Positions 60,046 to 64,000 of a DNA stretch of 64,000 nt are shown here, piece after piece (the first letter of the stretch is position 1; each line of letters starts with the position of its first letter). The notes beneath the pieces are model-generated. The model was not told the DNA's origin and made no database searches. It worked only from the letters and a program-made list of their open reading frames with translations. A program made the translations under genes and the position numbers. Where the stretch lies: NCBI RefSeq assembly GCF_963921235.1, contig NC_086097.1:141548001-141612000 (forward strand), given 5' to 3'. This stretch comes from Mobula hypostoma (lineage: Eukaryota).

Positions 60046-60496
60046 AGGTATATTCACAACTGGATAAATAAGAGGAGAAAAAGGAAAGGCAGTTTTGTTG
60101 AGATGAAAATTTGAAAAGGGGCATTGGAAGAGAATGCTCAACAATCCAATTATGAATGCCAAAGCAGAGGATCTGCCAAGGAAAATAAAAATTGCTTGAT
60201 GGTCATATGATGGGGGCAGTAAGACAGACACAGATCTAGTTTTATCTTGAAACATTTCAAAATCTGGATTAATTTAGAGAAATGAAATCTGGGTGCATCC
60301 AGAATGTTGCAGGTGCTTCATGCTCAAAGACTGGCAATAAAAAGAATAGAGGATGCATCTTTTTTAGAGTTTTGCAGGTCATCTGAAGTTTGTGAGTGAA
60401 TGTTTACATATTCCACATATTCATTAACTGGAGTGATCATATTTATTTTCGCTCTTTTTAAGCAAATAAAAATTTCTTTGTGGTCCAATATATGTT

Positions 60497-63400
60497 AGAA
60501 CCATAGAACCATAGAAACTACAGCACAGAAACAGGCCTTTTGGCCCTTCTTGGCTGTGCCGAACCATTTTCTGCCTAGTCCCACTGACCTGCACACGGAC
60601 CATATCCCTCCATACACCCCCATCCATGTATCTGTCCAATTTATTCTTAAATGTTAAAAAAGAACCCACATTTACCACCTCGTCTGGCAGCTCATTCCAT
60701 ACTCCAACCACTCTCTGTGTGAAGAAGCCCCCCCCCAATGTTCCCTTTAAACTTTTCCCCCCTCACCCTTAACCCATGTCCTCTGGTTTTTTTCTCCCTT
60801 TACCTCAGTGGAAAAAGCCTGCTTGCATTCACTCTATCAATATCTATCATAATTTTATATACCTCTATCAAATCTCCCCTCATTCTTCTACGTTCCAGGG
60901 AATAAAGTCCTAAGCTATTCAACCTTTCTCTGTAACTGAGCTTCTCAAGTCCCGGCAACATCCTTGTAAACCTTCTCTGCACTCTTTCAACCTTATTTAT
61001 ATCCATCCTGTAATTTGGTGCCTTATACAACCTCATCATAACATTCCACCTCTTATACTCAATACTTTGATTAATAAAGGACAATGTACCAAAAGCTCTC
61101 TTTACGACCCTATCTACCTGTGACGCCACTTTTAGGGAATTTTGTATCTGTATTCCCAGATCCCTCTGTTCCACTGCACTCCTCAATGCCTTACCATTAA
61201 CCCTGTATGTTCTACCTTGGTTTGTCCCTCCAACATGCAATACCTCACACTTGTCTGTATTAAACTCCATCTGCCATTTTTCAGCCCATTTTTCCAGCTG
61301 GTCCAAGTCCCTCTGCAGGCTCTGAAAACCTTCCTCACTGTCTACTACACCTCCAATCTTTGTATCATCAGCAAACTTGCTGATCCAATTTACCACATTA
61401 TCATCCAGATCATTGATATAGATGACAAATAACAATGGACCCAGCACTGACCCCTGTGGCACACCACTAGTCACAGGCCTCCACTCGGAGAAGCAATTCT
61501 CTACTACCACTCTTTGGCTTCTTCCATTGAGCCAATGTCTAATCCAATTTACCACCTCTCCATGTATACCTAGTGACTGAATTTTCCTAACTAACCTCCC
61601 ATGCGGGACCTTGTCAAAGGCCTTACTGAAGTCCATGTAGACAATATCCACTGCCTTCCCTTCATCCACTTTCCTCGAAAAACTCCAACAGATTGGTCAA
61701 ACATGACCTACCACGCACAAAGCCATGTTAACTCTCCCTAATAAGCCCCTGTCTATCCAAATGCTTGTAGATTCTGTCCCTTAGTACTCCCTCCAATAAC
61801 TTACCTACTACTGACATTAAACTCACCGGCCTATAATTTCCCGGATTACTTTTCAATCCTTTTTTAAACAACGGAACAACATGAGCCACTCTCCAATCCT
61901 CCGGCACCTCACCTGTAGACAGCGACATTTTAAATATTTCTGCCAGGGCCCCTCCAATTTCAACACTAGTCTCCTTCAAGGTCCGAGGGAACACTCTGTC
62001 AGGTCCCGGGAATTTATCCACTTTAATTTTCCTCAAGACAGCAAGGACCTCCTCCTTTTTGATCTGTACAGTTTCCATGATCTCACTACTTGTTTCCCTT
62101 AATTCCATAGACTTCATGCCAGTTTCCTTAGTAAATACAGACGCAAAAAACCCATTTAAGATCTCCCCCATTTCCTTTGGTTCCGCACACAGCCGACCAC
62201 TCTGATCTCCAAGAGGACCAACTTTATCCCTCACAATCCTTTTGCTCTTAATATACCTGTCAAAGCTCTTTGGATTATCCTTCACTTTGACTGCCAAGGC
62301 AACCTCATGTCTTCTTTTAGCCCTCCTGATTTCTTTCTTAAGTATTTTCTTGCACTTCTTATACTCCTCAAGCACCTTACTTACTCCCTGCTTCCTATAC
62401 ATGTCATACAACTCCCCCTTCTTCTTTATCAGAGTTGCAATATCCTTTGAGAACCAAGGTTCCTTATTCCTATTCACTTTGCCTTTAATCCTGACAGGAA
62501 CATACAAATTCTGCACTCTCAAAATTTCTCCTTTGAAGGCTTCCCACCTACCGACCACATCCTTGCCAGAGAACAACCTGTCCCAATCCACGCTTTTTAG
62601 ATCCTTTCTCATTTCTTCAAATTTGGCCTTCTTCCAGTTAAGAACCTCAACCCTCTGACCAGATCTATCCTTGTCCATGATCAAGTTGAAACTAATGGTG
62701 TTATGATCACTGGAACCAAAGTGCTCCCCTACACAGACTTCTGTCACTTGTCCTAACTCGTTTCCTAACAGGAGATCCAATATTGCATCCCCTCTAGTTG
62801 GTCCCTCTATATATTGATTTAGAAAACTTTCCTGAACACATTTTACAAACTCTAAACCATCTAGACCCCTAACAGTATAGGAGTCCCAATCAATGTATGG
62901 AAAATTAAAATCCCCTACCACCACAACTTTATGTTTCCTGCAGTTGCCTGCTATCTCTCTGCAAATTTGCTCTTCCAAGTCTCGTTGACTATTGGGTGGT
63001 CTGTAATACAATCCCACTAATGTGGCCATACCTTTCCTGTTTCTCAGCTCCACCCATAAGGACTCAGTAGACAAGCCCTCTAATCTGTCCTGCCTGAGCA
63101 CTGCTGTAATATTTTCCCTAACAAGCAATGCTACTTCCCCCACCTTTCATTCCTCTGCCTCGATCACATCTGAAACATCGGAACCCTGGAATATTAAGCT
63201 GCCAGTCCTGCCCCTCCTGTAGCCAAGTTTCACTAATTGCTATAACGTCATAATTCCACGTGTCAATCCACGCCCTCAACTCATCTGCCTTCCCCGCCAT
63301 ACTCCTAGCATTGAAATATATACACCTCAGAAGATTTTTACCACCACTCACAACCTTTCTATTAGCGGATTTGCTTGAACTTTTAACATCATTTATTTTT

Positions 63401-64000
63401 ACCCCAGCCACACTGTCAGCTCTGGCACTCTGGTTCCCATCCCCCTGCAAATCTAGTTTAAAGCCCCCCCCAATAGCATTAACAAACCTCCCTGAAACGA
63501 TATTGGTCCCCCTGTAGTTCAAGTGTAACCCGTCTCTCTTGTACAGGTCCCACCTGCCCCAGAAGATGTCCCAATTATCCTGAAATCTGAAACCCTGCTC
63601 CCTACACCAGTTCCTCAGCCACTTGTTCATCCTCCAGTGCATCTTATTCCTACCCTCACTGGCATGTAGCACAGGTAGCAATCCTGAGATTACCACCCTC
63701 GAGGTCCTGCTTTTCAACTTCCTACCAAGCTCTCTATACTCACTCTCCAGGACCTCCTCACTCTTCCTTGCTATGTCATTGGTACCAATGTGCACCATGA
63801 CATCTGGCTGATCACCCTCCCACTTCAGAATGTCATGCAATCGATCAGAGACATCCTTGACCCTGGCACCCGGGAGGCAACAAACCATCCTGGATTCTCT
63901 GTCACGACCACAGAACCTCCTATCTGCACCTCTAACTATCGAGTCCCCTATCACTACCGCTCTCCTCTTTTCCCCCCTCCCTTCTGCACTGCAGAGCCAG
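60497..64000 (-). mobile_element. Young CR1 LINE running off the window edge; same subfamily as 51866-54905
   Basis: ORF 63118-63954 (ORF1 esterase reading into the endonuclease), 61728-63143 (471 aa) and 60800-61669. (CCATAGAA)n tail. Confidence 0.95.

Noticed and set aside
60250..60400. Possible additional minus-strand host exon after a TTTTATTGCCAG acceptor-like site
   Set aside because: All frames hit stops or lack NDK/thioredoxin similarity, and no good donor was found.
1..64000. CRISPR arrays, rRNA or tRNA genes, prokaryotic operons
   Set aside because: None seen. The tandem repeats lack unique spacers, the only tRNA-related sequence is the PBS, and the many short ORFs are antisense shadows of LINE coding regions.

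Overview
This is repeat-dense vertebrate genomic DNA. The CR1/Rex1/L1/Penelope landscape suggests a cartilaginous fish, possibly a ray; that is inferred, not proven. One 152-bp minus-strand coding exon (29309-29460), absent from the ORF track, matches the tandem NDK region of NME8/TXNDC3, so the rest of the window is probably intronic. The main feature is a set of nested insertions. A hAT (Buster/Charlie-type) DNA transposon (29858-56740) carries a complete but decayed endogenous retrovirus (32255-51586). The provirus has two LTRs about 4-5% divergent by hand count, a 4-bp TSD (ACCT), a tRNA-Asn-like PBS and a PPT. Its gag has a coiled coil and a CCHC knuckle, and is separated from pro by a single in-frame TGA. 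Its pol has a YVDD RT, a degenerate RNase H tether, a second RNase H and an integrase. Its env looks like a pneumo/paramyxovirus F fusion protein rather than a classical retroviral Env, which points to a lokiretrovirus-like element. The provirus was later hit by a full-length L1 (in the protease), a ~600-bp non-coding retroposon (in the env signal peptide) and a CR1 (in the 3' LTR). The hAT also contains a Penelope fragment with a hammerhead ribozyme and a Tigger-like element that itself contains a CR1. The remainder is mostly CR1 and Rex1-type LINE copies of various ages.
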